The notes under the pieces were generated by a model. It saw only the letters and a list, made by a program, of their open reading frames with translations, ran no database searches and was not told the origin of the DNA. This document shows, piece by piece, positions 39,021-49,612 of a stretch of DNA of 64,000 nt; within the stretch, counting starts at the first letter, position 1; every line of letters begins with the position of its first letter. The DNA is from Clostridia bacterium (GTDB lineage Bacteria; Bacillota; Clostridia; UMGS1883; UMGS1540). The translations under genes were made by a program, and so were the position numbers. The DNA lies in assembly GCA_045533905.1 (NCBI GenBank), contig JAZSIR010000021.1:32001-96000 (forward strand). The letters run 5' to 3'.

Positions 39021-39049
39021 TAGTTTTGCCGAATGTGGCGAGGATATAA
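39021..39049 (-). promoter_or_regulatory. Possible sigma-F/G-type forespore promoter of spoIVB
   Basis: GGCAAAACTA fits the sigma-F -10 pattern GGnnAnAhT; the -35 (TTATA) is weak. Confidence 0.3.
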
Positions 39050-39062
39050 GAATCAATTTTTG

Positions 39063-40427
39063 TTAATTTAAATGCGCGTATTTTGCATATACTTTTTTAC
39101 GGACAATGCGGTAACAAATGAAATGTGCCGTGCCTGTTAAAATCCAGCTGATGGGATAGGAAATGAAAAGCCACCCGATCGTGTGATGGTGCTGAAACAC
39201 CGTAAGCACCCAAAGTACGCGGAATGCACACGCGCCAAGAAGCGAAACGCACATCGGCAAAATGGAATAGCCAAGGCCGCGCACGGTGCCCATTGTCGTT
39301 TCCATAAGGCCCACAAGAAAATACGGCATAGCAATATACAAAAACCGCTGACAGCCGTAACGGATAACCTCGGGTTCCGTAGAATAGATAGAGAGTAGCG
39401 CTTCGTCAAAAAGCACCACGATACCGCCGAGGGCAGCGCCGATGACGGCAGCTGTGAGCGCGGCTACGCGAAGACCCTTATCAATACGGTCAAACTGCCG
39501 CGCGCCGAGGTTTTGCCCCGTTAAGGTCAGCATCGTCTGGTAAATGGCGTTCATGGCCACGTATACAAAGCCTTCGATATTGGCCGCAGCGGCGTTGCCG
39601 GCCACAATGGCCGTGGAACCAAAGGAATTGATAGAAGACTGGATGAGCATATTGGAAATTGAGAAGAGCGAACTCTGGATACCTGCCGGAAGCCCGATTT
39701 TGACCATCGTAATTGCTTCTTCCTTGCAAAGGCGCACGCGGCTCGGCACAAGGCGCACTTCGCTTTCCTCATGGATAAGACAAAGAAAGACAAGCGCGGC
39801 GGAAATGAACTGTGCCGCGGCGGTAGCAATGCCGACACCGACAGCGCCGAGATGAAAGCCAATAACGAGGATAAGGTTTAAAACGACATTGACAATACCT
39901 GCAATGATAAGGATATATAAGGGACGCATCGTGTCGCCCTTGGCGCGGAGAATGGCTGTGCCGAAGTTATAGATAATGCTTGCAGGGATACCAACCGCAT
40001 AGGCGCGAAGATAAGAAACGGCGCTATTCAGAATCGCATCGGGCGTATCCAGAAGACTTAAAAGACCTTCCGCCAAAAAGAACATAGCCACGCCGGCGAG
40101 TAAACCCGATACAATGGAGATGAAGACAGCAGTATGTACCGCGCGTTCAATCCCGGCGCGGTCACGCGCGCCGATATATCTTGCGACGAGGACGTTTGCA
40201 CCAATCGAAAGACCAATGCAAAGGTTTACGATGAGGTTTATCGCAGCGCCATTGGAGCCTACGGCCGCAAGCTCCGTCTCCCCCGCAAAACGGCCAACGA
40301 CAATGACGTCTGCCGCATTAAAGAGAAGCTGCAGGATGCTGCTTATAATAATTGGTACAGAAAACAGGAGAATATTCTTTAAAAACGGGCCTTCGAGAAG
40401 GTTTCCGTTTGGTATTCTCGCTCGCAT
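39063..40427 (-). CDS. MATE family efflux transporter
   Basis: LFNAADVIVVG, LRAKGDTMRP and GQNLGA motifs; about 12 TM segments. Confidence 0.92.
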   Translation of the reverse strand: MRARIPNGNLLEGPFLKNILLFSVPIIISSILQLLFNAADVIVVGRFAGETELAAVGSNGAAINLIVNLCIGLSIGANVLVARYIGARDRAGIERAVHTAVFISIVSGLLAGVAMFFLAEGLLSLLDTPDAILNSAVSYLRAYAVGIPASIIYNFGTAILRAKGDTMRPLYILIIAGIVNVVLNLILVIGFHLGAVGVGIATAAAQFISAALVFLCLIHEESEVRLVPSRVRLCKEEAITMVKIGLPAGIQSSLFSISNMLIQSSINSFGSTAIVAGNAAAANIEGFVYVAMNAIYQTMLTLTGQNLGARQFDRIDKGLRVAALTAAVIGAALGGIVVLFDEALLSIYSTEPEVIRYGCQRFLYIAMPYFLVGLMETTMGTVRGLGYSILPMCVSLLGACAFRVLWVLTVFQHHHTIGWLFISYPISWILTGTAHFICYRIVRKKVYAKYAHLN

Positions 40428-40564
40428 ACGCTCGCCCCCAAAGGAAGATTTTCTAAAAAATACTGTACCACAGCACCCCTTTTTTGTCAATAGGCACTTT
40501 GGAAAAAATATTTTGACTTTTCCTACAATATATAGTATAATGTTATAATAGGATGGTGATATTT

Positions 40565-42526
40565 ATGGCCGAATACGGAAACGAGAGCATTTCCTCATTA
40601 AAAGGCGCGGACAGGGTGCGAAAGCGCCCCGGTGTTATCTTCGGGTCAGACGGGCTCGAGGGTTGTGAACATGCCGTTTTTGAGATTGTTTCAAACTCCA
40701 TAGACGAAGCACGCGAAGGCTACGGCAAGGTCATTGAGGTTACCCGTTTTCGCGACAAGTCCATTGAAGTGCGCGATATGGGCCGCGGCATTCCTATGGA
40801 CTATAACCCGAAGGAGGAGCGGTATAACTGGGAGCTCGTCTTTTGTGAAATGTACGCAGGCGGCAAGTATGATAACAATTCCGGCCAGAATTATGAATAT
40901 AGCTTAGGTCTCAACGGTCTCGGCAGCTGCGCCACGCAGTACGCTTCCGAATATATGGAAGTTACCGTACAGCGTGACGGATACCGTTACCAGCTCTTTT
41001 TTGAAAAGGGCGAAAATCAGGGCGGTTTATATAAAGAACAGGTACGCTATCGCCACACGGGAACGACGATTAAATGGCGACCGGACCTTGAGGTATTTAC
41101 GGACATTGATATCCCCCTCTCCTATTTTCAGGAAATGCTCCGCAAGCAGGCCGTTGTAAACGCCGGCATCACGTTTAAGCTTAAGAACGAAACGCCGGAG
41201 GGTATGGAGGAATTTACCTACTTTTACGAAAACGGCATTACAGATTATCTCAAGGAATGCTGCGGTGCCGAAGCTTTTACGGGTATTGCCCGCTATGAGG
41301 CGGAGTGCATGGGGCGTGACCGCGAGGATATGCCGGACTATAAGCTCCGTATGCAGGTTGTTTTCTGCTTTAACAATACACACACGCTTCTCGAATATTA
41401 CCACAATTCCAGCTTTCTCGAGCACGGCGGCTCGCCCGACAAGGCGGTGAAAAGCGCCTTCGTTTCGGCGCTGGATGCCTACATCCGCGCACAGAACAAA
41501 TACCAGAAGGGTGAATCGAAAATCACCTTTGTGGATGTGCAGGACAGTCTTTGCCTTGTTATGAACTCGTTCTCGACGATGACGAGCTACGAAAACCAGA
41601 CGAAAAAATCGATTACGAACAAGTTTATTGCTTCGGCTATGACGGATTTTCTCCGCGAAAAGCTCGAAATATACTTTATTGAAAACAGAATTGAAGCGGA
41701 AAAGATTGCCGAGCAGGTGCTTCTCAATAAGCGCAGCCGCGAACGCGCGGAAAAAACGCGTGTGGACCTTAAGAAGAAGCTTGCAAAGAATATTGACGTG
41801 ACGAACCGCGTGCAAAAGTTTGTAGACTGCCGCACGCGCGACACGGAAAGACGCGAGCTGTACATCGTGGAAGGTGACTCGGCTCTCGGTTCTGTAAAGC
41901 TTGCACGAAACGCAGAATTTCAGGCGATTATGCCGGTACGCGGCAAGATTTTGAATTGCCTTAAAAGTGACCTTACCAAAATTTTCAAAAGCGATATTAT
42001 AATGGACCTTATGCGCGTGCTCGGGTGCGGCATTGAGGTGAAAACGAAGGATTTCAATGCCTTTGAACTTGAAAATCTTCGTTGGGACAAGATTATTATC
42101 TGTACCGACGCGGATGTTGACGGCTACCAGATCCGCACGCTGATTCTGGCAATGATTTACCGCCTCACGCCGACGCTTATCCGCGAAGGGCGCGTGTATA
42201 TCGCCGAATCGCCGCTTTTTGAAATTACCACAAAGAATGACACGTATTTTGCCTATACCGAACGCGAAAAGGCACAGATTCTTGCAGAGCTCGGGAATAC
42301 GAAATGCACCATTCAGCGCTCGAAAGGTCTTGGTGAAAACAACCCCGATATGATGAGTAAAACCACGATGAACCCCGAATCGCGCAGACTTATCCGCGTA
42401 CTTCCCGAGGAGGCGGAAAAGACGGCGGCGGTGTTTGACCTTCTTCTCGGGGATAATCTCCAGGGGAGAAAGGATCATATTGCCGAATGCGGGGCGCAGT
42501 ATATTGACCTCGCAGACGTTATGTAG
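40565..42526 (+). CDS. Type IIA topoisomerase B subunit (divergent GyrB/ParE-like)
   Basis: VRKRPG, EIVSNSIDE, DMGRGIP, VEGDSA, PVRGKILN, TDADVDG and RSKGLGE motifs. Confidence 0.92.
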   Translation: MAEYGNESISSLKGADRVRKRPGVIFGSDGLEGCEHAVFEIVSNSIDEAREGYGKVIEVTRFRDKSIEVRDMGRGIPMDYNPKEERYNWELVFCEMYAGGKYDNNSGQNYEYSLGLNGLGSCATQYASEYMEVTVQRDGYRYQLFFEKGENQGGLYKEQVRYRHTGTTIKWRPDLEVFTDIDIPLSYFQEMLRKQAVVNAGITFKLKNETPEGMEEFTYFYENGITDYLKECCGAEAFTGIARYEAECMGRDREDMPDYKLRMQVVFCFNNTHTLLEYYHNSSFLEHGGSPDKAVKSAFVSALDAYIRAQNKYQKGESKITFVDVQDSLCLVMNSFSTMTSYENQTKKSITNKFIASAMTDFLREKLEIYFIENRIEAEKIAEQVLLNKRSRERAEKTRVDLKKKLAKNIDVTNRVQKFVDCRTRDTERRELYIVEGDSALGSVKLARNAEFQAIMPVRGKILNCLKSDLTKIFKSDIIMDLMRVLGCGIEVKTKDFNAFELENLRWDKIIICTDADVDGYQIRTLILAMIYRLTPTLIREGRVYIAESPLFEITTKNDTYFAYTEREKAQILAELGNTKCTIQRSKGLGENNPDMMSKTTMNPESRRLIRVLPEEAEKTAAVFDLLLGDNLQGRKDHIAECGAQYIDLADVM

Positions 42527-42543
42527 AGGGGAATGTAAAAAAA

Positions 42544-43065
42544 GCGCAGACCGCAAAAAGGAAAACTAAATATTGACGAAGTATTTTTGTTTATCTGTCG
42601 TAACTTCGTACGGGTAGGGACTCTCAAATCTTGAGAGTCCCTTTGTTCTTGTTCCTTTTTGCTACACCAAAACTCCACCGCTTGCGGTACGCATGTACAG
42701 CTGCGGGTGGAGTTTTGGCGTTCTGCATCTTTTTTTCCGATTCCCCTCCGCAGCTTTGCAAAAGAAAAATAAGTAACCGAAGGGCACAGACCGCAAAAGG
42801 CAGGGGAAAATATATCTTAGTCCGTGTGCTGACAAAAGACAGTACAAATGGGCAGGGACTCTCAGGCGTGAGAGTCCCTTTGTTTTCATGCCTTTTTGCT
42901 ATGCGAAAACTTTGCCCATTATACGGGGCCCCCGAAAGGCGTAAGCGCCTTTTGGGGAAGAGGAGAAGCAAGGAAGCAGAGCTACGTTTTCGCCGATGCG
43001 GCGAAAACAGGGTGGGCGGACTTTGCTTTGACGAGTTCTGCATCTTTTTTCCGATCCCCCTCCGC
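42544..43065. repeat. Two imperfect tandem copies of a hairpin-rich intergenic repeat
   Basis: Shared blocks GCRCAGACCGCAAAA, AGGGACTCTCA..TGAGAGTCCCTTTGTT (42616, 42854) and GTTCTGCATCT-Tn-CCGATYCCCTCCGC. Confidence 0.75.
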
Positions 43066-43185
43066 TTCAGGAAAAACCCCACACTTTACCGGCTGCGCAC
43101 AAGTGCGCTTTTTATCGGCCTGCCAGGCTCGCATCTGTTCCTTTATTGAACCGCGCGACTGTCGCGTGGTTTTCGTTATACAACA

Positions 43186-43220
43186 AGAAAGAGCTCCGGG
43201 AAATTCCCGGAGCTCTTTTC
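43186..43220 (-). terminator. Terminator of the S-layer gene
   Basis: AAAGAGCTCCGGG-aaatt-CCCGGAGCTCTTT. Confidence 0.8.
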
Positions 43221-43231
43221 AAAAGCTATTC

Positions 43232-46200
43232 TTATCTGTTGCGGCCGTCAGTATATTTGATAGTCATCTGCGTCTTAAGGTCGCCATTTACGAGGAGGAG
43301 AATTACATCATCCACTTCGAGATCGCCTACAGATATCGTATCAAACTTCTTCGTTCTGGTGTTCCATTCAACACATACGCCACCGCCTACACTGTAGATA
43401 CCCGTATTGGCTGCAGAACCCGGATCTGCCGGCAGGAAGCCTGTCTTGCTCTTACCGATTACAGTTTCAATCGTGTAACCGCTGCTACCGAGTCTCTGAA
43501 CAGTACCGAAGAGCATAGACGGGTCAGAGGTATAGAGCGCTTCCTTAGTAAGTGCATCAATATAGTCACCATACTGTGTGGTTCTGAAGCCCATTCTATA
43601 AATAACTTCTTCTTCACCTTCCATTACGACATATTCCGAATAGTTGACACGGAAGTCAACTCTACCTACAGTAAGCTCACCCTTGCCGTTGGACTTGTAG
43701 CTGATAACGTCACCGGCATCAAGGTCCTGCGGATCCAGATACATCGTCGGACGCTGTGTGCTTCTTGCATTGAAGATAGAATCGCGATCGTCGCCTTCAA
43801 TTCTTTCACCGTTTCCTGCAAGGCCGTACCAATCCGGGTCAGAGAGAGCGTCCGCATTTGCCTTGTGGTAGAAGAGCTGGGAATCTTCTGTAACGATAAT
43901 GCTCTTTTCACCGTCTGTGCTGAACACCTTAATTACATCATAAACTTCGCCTTCTTCATCACGCATAGAGCCAATACCTGTAACGAGCGCGAAGAAGCCG
44001 GTATCTACCGGTGCCTTCGTTGTAACGCCGCCGCCATCTTTTTGACCGAGAAGGTCACGACGCCATACAACGGCACCTGTCTGGAAGTCTTCGTTTACAT
44101 CGTAGAAGGAGAGACATGCCTTTTCACGGAGTTCATCAACATTTTTGATGCCGCTTGTAGCCTTCATTACTTCGTAGCCCTTTTCATCAGAAAGGTCTTC
44201 CGGAACGACAAACATAATTGCTTCGGAGATATATACACGGCCGAATACGGTGCCGCCCATATACTGGGTAATACCACTTGCACCTGTACCTGTGTGTGTA
44301 CCTGTGAATGTGGAAACCTGACCGGAAGATTTTGCGCTATTCGCACTGTTAATATACCAGTCCATACTGAAGTTGGAGCTGTCAGTTCTGATTTCGTCGC
44401 TAAGGTTGTTGGCGGTAAGGTTTTCAGCCGTCTTGATTTCGGTGATGAAGCCTTCCTTGCCTTCCTTATACACAATAAGCTGCGGAACGATTTCGCCTGC
44501 ACGGTTTACGAGAGTCGGCTTGTTGCCTACGCCCCAAAGATCAGATTCTGCATTTGCAGCATCCATAATGTCTTCAGCCAATGTCGCTGTGTTGCTGTTG
44601 AACTTAACCTTTTCGTCCAGCTTGAGGGTGACCCATTCGCCGTCAGAATTAAAGATTTCCATATAGTATGTGGTTCTTGTACCCTTTACTTCCGGAACGA
44701 AATCCTTCAGCCAGCCGTAGGTGAGGTCGCCAATTTCAGCGCCGCCTGCAACAACTTCGTTGAGTGTTGCCTTTGTGGCTACGATAGCGCCTGTGCAGTC
44801 GAGGTAGAATTCGCCTGTGGCGCCGGTAGCTACTGTGCCGCTCAGAACGGTGTCAGCTACTGCATATTCTTTGTCATCGATTGTAGCAAAGCCATCGCGG
44901 GTTTCGCGAACGGTGCCTTCGATGATTTCGGTGGAAACGCGAACGCGGATAACGTTGCCGTCAGCACTGCTTGCAATGGAGAGAACGTTCCATTCTTCCA
45001 GATCGCCAAGCTCTACTGCTTCGCCTTCAGCGTCTGTGATAACAATTGCCTTTGTCTTGTCCTCAACGTCAAGTGTGAGGCCTGTACCGTCTTCAAAAAC
45101 AACTCTGTTGGTTCTTTCGTTAACGGTCTTGACAAGCTGATTTACATATTCTTCAACGATGATATACTGATATGCCTTGCCTGTGTTGCGGATAAGGCGG
45201 ACAGCGCCGATTGCCGGGAGGATGTCAGCATCCGTGGGAGCTGCAATCTTGCGGCCGTTCTTTACAACAACAGCGCCTGTGATATCTTCTTCCACAACCT
45301 TGCCGTCTTCGTTTTCATATGCGAATACGCCTTCGGCGAGGGAAACTTCAGCGGCTTCGATAGCCTGTGCAGTTACATCGAGAACATCGGTGGTTGCACG
45401 CGGAACAATAGCGAGAACAACCGGTTTGCCGGTAAGTTCATCTTCGCGGGCATAGATTTCTACGCGCTGGCCGAGGAATTCCTGTGCATTGGATTCGCCT
45501 GCCATCATAACAGTAGTGCCTGCAACGAGCTCGTCACTCCTAAGGGACGGTGCTGCAGCGATTACGCAGCCCATGGGAGTTGCATTGATCACTTCTGTGT
45601 AGTGCTGTGCCTTGAGGTAATAGGTGAGAAGTGTAACATCTTCATCTTCACTGAACTCAAGCTTTGCATCGCCGTAGCTGGACTGGATGGAAAGCTGTGT
45701 GTTCAGCGCGTTGTAAAGGAGAATAGCCATGTCGCCACGGTTCATTTCGCCTTCAACCTTGATGTTCTTCAGAATGTCAAGCTGTGCAGCCTTGGAAAGG
45801 TAACCGGACGGATAACCGCCGGCAGCTTCTGCCTGTACGCCGTAGCCGAGAGCGGCTACAACCATTTTAACAGCCTGTTCATCCGTAACCGGTGCATCGG
45901 GTGCAAAGATTGTTGCGCTCATACCGTTGATAATACCAAGCTGGTATGCTGCTGCAACGTTTGCATATGCCCAGTGGGATGCAGGAACGTCTTCAAAAAT
46001 TGCCTGACCCTGTGCGCCTTCTTCCATATTCATAGCACGAAGGATAATAGTGGCCATTTCTGCTCTTGTTAAAGAACCGTTCGGCTCATACTTGCCTTCT
46101 TCACGTCCTTCAACGATACCGAGACCAGCCAGAACATTTACGGCAGCCTCGCACTTTTCGCCAACTACGTCGGTTAAAACCGGAGTAGCGGCACTGGCTG

Positions 46201-46258
46201 TTACTACTGTCGTAAGAAGCATTACTAAGGTGAGTAACAGGGTGATGGATCTTTTCAT
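43232..46258 (-). CDS. SLH-domain S-layer/cell-surface protein
   Basis: Signal peptide; SLH motifs (LTRAEMA, FEDVPASHWA, MNRGDMA); acidic; codon usage typical of high expression. Confidence 0.88.
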   Translation of the reverse strand: MKRSITLLLTLVMLLTTVVTASAATPVLTDVVGEKCEAAVNVLAGLGIVEGREEGKYEPNGSLTRAEMATIILRAMNMEEGAQGQAIFEDVPASHWAYANVAAAYQLGIINGMSATIFAPDAPVTDEQAVKMVVAALGYGVQAEAAGGYPSGYLSKAAQLDILKNIKVEGEMNRGDMAILLYNALNTQLSIQSSYGDAKLEFSEDEDVTLLTYYLKAQHYTEVINATPMGCVIAAAPSLRSDELVAGTTVMMAGESNAQEFLGQRVEIYAREDELTGKPVVLAIVPRATTDVLDVTAQAIEAAEVSLAEGVFAYENEDGKVVEEDITGAVVVKNGRKIAAPTDADILPAIGAVRLIRNTGKAYQYIIVEEYVNQLVKTVNERTNRVVFEDGTGLTLDVEDKTKAIVITDAEGEAVELGDLEEWNVLSIASSADGNVIRVRVSTEIIEGTVRETRDGFATIDDKEYAVADTVLSGTVATGATGEFYLDCTGAIVATKATLNEVVAGGAEIGDLTYGWLKDFVPEVKGTRTTYYMEIFNSDGEWVTLKLDEKVKFNSNTATLAEDIMDAANAESDLWGVGNKPTLVNRAGEIVPQLIVYKEGKEGFITEIKTAENLTANNLSDEIRTDSSNFSMDWYINSANSAKSSGQVSTFTGTHTGTGASGITQYMGGTVFGRVYISEAIMFVVPEDLSDEKGYEVMKATSGIKNVDELREKACLSFYDVNEDFQTGAVVWRRDLLGQKDGGGVTTKAPVDTGFFALVTGIGSMRDEEGEVYDVIKVFSTDGEKSIIVTEDSQLFYHKANADALSDPDWYGLAGNGERIEGDDRDSIFNARSTQRPTMYLDPQDLDAGDVISYKSNGKGELTVGRVDFRVNYSEYVVMEGEEEVIYRMGFRTTQYGDYIDALTKEALYTSDPSMLFGTVQRLGSSGYTIETVIGKSKTGFLPADPGSAANTGIYSVGGGVCVEWNTRTKKFDTISVGDLEVDDVILLLVNGDLKTQMTIKYTDGRNR

Positions 46259-46427
46259 CTCGCATTCTCCATTCTTTGAGTAAATTTATACAGGTACTTT
46301 ATAGAAGAGAACACTCTCCTATGATACCTATATCTCTATTATTCTAACACACATACTTTTCTCTGTCTATATAAAAAAGTGCTCTATTTTTTGTAAAAAA
46401 GTGCGAATTTACAGTCCCGCAAATAAG

Positions 46428-46457
46428 AATGTGCAGAAGCTGGTGCTTCTGCACATT
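46428..46457 (-). terminator. Terminator after alaS-HIT
   Basis: AATGTGCAGAAGC-tggt-GCTTCTGCACATT. Confidence 0.7.
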
Positions 46458-46469
46458 TTGAACCTTATA

Positions 46470-46811
46470 TCAACCGGGAGGCCACGCCAGTGCACGCCCG
46501 CCGAGAAGGTGGAAATGCAGGTGTCCGACCGTCTGCCCGCCGTCCTCACCGCAATTATTTACAACGCGGTAGCCCTTCTCCGCAAAACCGAGCTCGCGAG
46601 CGAGCTTTGCTGCCACCGCGAAGATATGCCCGACCACATCGGCATTTTCCGCCGAAAGCTCGTTTGCGGAAGCGATGTGCGCCTTCGGCACAATCAGAAT
46701 GTGCACGGGCGCGGCGGGTGCGATATCGTGGAAGGCGTAGACCTTTTCGTCCTCATACACTTTATTGGAAGGAATTTCTCCCTTTATAATTTTACAGAAA
46801 AGACAATTCAT
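46470..46811 (-). CDS. hinT: Histidine triad nucleotide-binding protein
   Basis: CLFCKI, GQTVGHLHFHLLGGR and WPPG motifs. Confidence 0.93.
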   Translation of the reverse strand: MNCLFCKIIKGEIPSNKVYEDEKVYAFHDIAPAAPVHILIVPKAHIASANELSAENADVVGHIFAVAAKLARELGFAEKGYRVVNNCGEDGGQTVGHLHFHLLGGRALAWPPG

Positions 46812-46825
46812 TTTTGTCCTCCTTA

Positions 46826-49474
46826 TTATTTGAGCTGTGCGGCTACCACACTTGCGACTGCCGAAAGGGCTTCCTCCGCCTTTTCGGGCTGCTTGCCGCC
46901 GGCCTGTGCGCTATCGGGCTTACCGCCACCACCGCCGCCTGCGATTTTCGCAACCTCGCGGACAAGGTTTCCGGCGTGTACGCCGCGGGAGACGGCTTCC
47001 TTTGTAGCCATTGCTACGAAGGTGACCTTGCCTTCTGCGGTGCCTGCGATGACGAGAACGCCCTCGCCCATCTTCGATTTTACATTGTCGCCGATGGCGC
47101 GGAGTGCATCTGCATCCATACCGTCGAAAAGCCCTGTTATAACCTTTACGCCGCCGACCTCGGAAGCGTTTTTGAGAAGCGCATCAATCTGGCTGCCTGC
47201 GCTTTTCAGTTTGACTTCTTCAAGTGTGCGCTGGAGGTTTTTCACTTCTTCCATCACAGCGCCGCCCTTTACCGCGATATCGGCAGGGCTTGTTTTGAGT
47301 GCCGCGGCCGTCTCTGCGATAAGCGCATCGCGTTCTGCGAGAAGAGAAAGGATTCTTGTGCCCGTTACGGCTTCGATGCGGCGTGTGCCGGAAGCGACGG
47401 AGCTTTCCGATACGATTTTGAAAAGACCAATCTCGCTTGTATTATCTACGTGTGTACCGCCGCAAAGCTCGATGCTGTAGTCGCCCATCTTGACAACGCG
47501 GACTACATCGCCGTACTTTTCGCCGAAAAGTGCCATAGCGCCGAGTGCCTTGGCTTCTGCCTGCGGCATTTCGCGCTTATCTACGGAAAGTGCTGCCACA
47601 ATCGCGGCGTTTACTTTCTTTTCTACCTCTGCAAGCTCCTCGGGCTTTACAGCTTCAAAGTGCTGGAAGTCAAAGCGGAGTCTCTCGGGGTTTACGAATG
47701 AACCTGCCTGGGTAACGTGGTCACCCACAACCTCGCGAAGTGCTTTCTGCAGAAGGTGTGTGGCGGAGTGGTTCTGCGCCGTGGCACGGCGGCTTTCCTT
47801 GCAGTATGCCGAGGTGAACACATCGCCTGTGCCGATTGCGCCGCTTTCTACCTTAATAAAATGTACAATCTTGCCGTCGGCAAGTTTCTTTGCATCGGTT
47901 ACGATAGCTTTTGCCGTTTTACCGGAAAGCGTGCCGCGGTCACCCGTCTGGCCGCCGCTTTCGCCATAGATAACGGTTTTATCGAGGATTACGGCGCCTT
48001 CTTCGCCTTCGCCGATGGCCTCTGCAATTTCGCCGCCGGAAATGACTGCCAAAACGCGGCCTTCTGCCGTTTCTTCGGTGTAACCTGCAAATTCTGTTTT
48101 AATGGATTTATCGAGTTTTGTATATACGTCTTCACTCCAGCCTGCGCCCTCGCCTTCTTTTCTGGCATCACGTGCGCGGGTTTTCTGTGCTTCCATTTCG
48201 GCGCGGAAGCCTTCTTCGTCAACAGAAAGACCGCGCTCGCCTAAAATTTCAATCGTTAAATCAATCGGGAATCCGAAGGTATCGTAAAGCTTGAACGCAT
48301 TTTCACCCGAAAGCACGGTTTCGCCGCTCTTTTCGAGTGCTTCGATATGCGTATTCAAAATAGCAAGACCCTGATCGACCGTTTCGTCAAACCGTTCTTC
48401 CTCGATACGGATCATCTTGCAGATATAGTCCTTCTTCTCGATGAGTGCCGGATACGCCTCGCCGGATTCGCGAATAACCGTTTCGGCTATTTTATAAAGG
48501 AAGGGTTTTTTAATGCCGAGGAGTTTGCCGTGGCGTGCCGCGCGACGGAGAAGTCTGCGCACAACGTAGCCGCGGCCTTCGTTCGAGGGCACGATAGAGT
48601 CGCTAATCATAAACGTGGTGGAACGGATATGGTCGGTAATAACACGAAGGGAAATGTCCGACTTTTCGTTCTCGCCGTATTTTACACCGGCCACATCGCT
48701 GATGGCAAGCATAATATTGCGCACGGTGTCTACCTCAAAGAGGTTATTTACGCCCTGCATAATTGCCGCGAGGCGTTCAAGACCCATACCTGTATCAATA
48801 TTCGGATGTGCGAGGCGGTTGTAGTTGCCTTCTTCATCCTTATCAAACTGCGTGAAAACAAGGTTCCAGAATTCCACGAAGCGGTCACAATCACAGCCGA
48901 GCTTGCAGTCGGGGCTGCCGCAACCGGCTGCCTCGCCGCGGTCAAAGTAAATTTCCGAGCAGGGGCCGCAGGGACCTGTGCCGATTTCCCAGAAGTTATC
49001 TTCCTTGCCCATACGAACTACGCGGTCGGGTGCAACGCCGATTTCCTTCGTCCAGATATCAAACGCTTCATCGTCATCAAGATATACCGTAACCCAAAGC
49101 TTGTCCACCGGCATTTCCATAACCTTCGTTACAAATTCCCATGCCCAGGAAATGGCTTCACGCTTGAAGTAATCCCCAAACGAGAAGTTGCCGAGCATTT
49201 CGAAGAATGTGCCGTGGCGTGCCGTTTTACCAACGCGCTCAATATCGGGCGTGCGGATACATTTCTGGCATGTGGTTACGCGCTTTCTCGGCGGCACCTC
49301 CTTACCCGTAAAATACGGCTTTAAGGGGGCCATACCGGCGTTAATCAAAAGAAGGCTGGCATCGTTTTGCGGCACGAGCGAAAAGCTCGGCAGGCGCAGA
49401 TGCTCCTTCGTTTCGTAAAACTGTAAAAATTTCTCGCGGATTTCATTTAAACCTAATTTTTTCACGAAAACCAT
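46826..49474 (-). CDS. alaS: Alanine--tRNA ligase
   Basis: NAGMAP, HGTFFEMLGNFSFGDYFK, GPCGPCSE, NHSATHLL and ELCGGTH motifs. Confidence 0.98.
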   Translation of the reverse strand: MVFVKKLGLNEIREKFLQFYETKEHLRLPSFSLVPQNDASLLLINAGMAPLKPYFTGKEVPPRKRVTTCQKCIRTPDIERVGKTARHGTFFEMLGNFSFGDYFKREAISWAWEFVTKVMEMPVDKLWVTVYLDDDEAFDIWTKEIGVAPDRVVRMGKEDNFWEIGTGPCGPCSEIYFDRGEAAGCGSPDCKLGCDCDRFVEFWNLVFTQFDKDEEGNYNRLAHPNIDTGMGLERLAAIMQGVNNLFEVDTVRNIMLAISDVAGVKYGENEKSDISLRVITDHIRSTTFMISDSIVPSNEGRGYVVRRLLRRAARHGKLLGIKKPFLYKIAETVIRESGEAYPALIEKKDYICKMIRIEEERFDETVDQGLAILNTHIEALEKSGETVLSGENAFKLYDTFGFPIDLTIEILGERGLSVDEEGFRAEMEAQKTRARDARKEGEGAGWSEDVYTKLDKSIKTEFAGYTEETAEGRVLAVISGGEIAEAIGEGEEGAVILDKTVIYGESGGQTGDRGTLSGKTAKAIVTDAKKLADGKIVHFIKVESGAIGTGDVFTSAYCKESRRATAQNHSATHLLQKALREVVGDHVTQAGSFVNPERLRFDFQHFEAVKPEELAEVEKKVNAAIVAALSVDKREMPQAEAKALGAMALFGEKYGDVVRVVKMGDYSIELCGGTHVDNTSEIGLFKIVSESSVASGTRRIEAVTGTRILSLLAERDALIAETAAALKTSPADIAVKGGAVMEEVKNLQRTLEEVKLKSAGSQIDALLKNASEVGGVKVITGLFDGMDADALRAIGDNVKSKMGEGVLVIAGTAEGKVTFVAMATKEAVSRGVHAGNLVREVAKIAGGGGGGKPDSAQAGGKQPEKAEEALSAVASVVAAQLK

Positions 49475-49498
49475 CCTTTATATATAAACTTACCCTTT

Positions 49499-49527
49499 AT
49501 TATACCCGTTTTGGTGTATCTTGTCAA
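49499..49527 (-). promoter_or_regulatory. Consensus sigma-A promoter of alaS
   Basis: TTGACA-N17-TATAAT. Confidence 0.8.
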
Positions 49528-49612
49528 GAGATTTTGCGCGTTCCAAATGCAAAAGAGGACCGCGTACGGCCCCCTTCTGAAAAAGAGATATGCAAAATGA
49601 AGTAATTTTTCT

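Noticed and set aside
41027-42556. 509-aa antisense ORF, and similar ORFs opposite glgP, alaS, GH43 and spoIVB
   Set aside because: They overlap well-supported genes on the other strand and have no recognisable motifs.
42896-46072. 1058-aa ORF on the + strand
   Set aside because: Antisense shadow of the codon-biased S-layer gene; no motifs or RBS.
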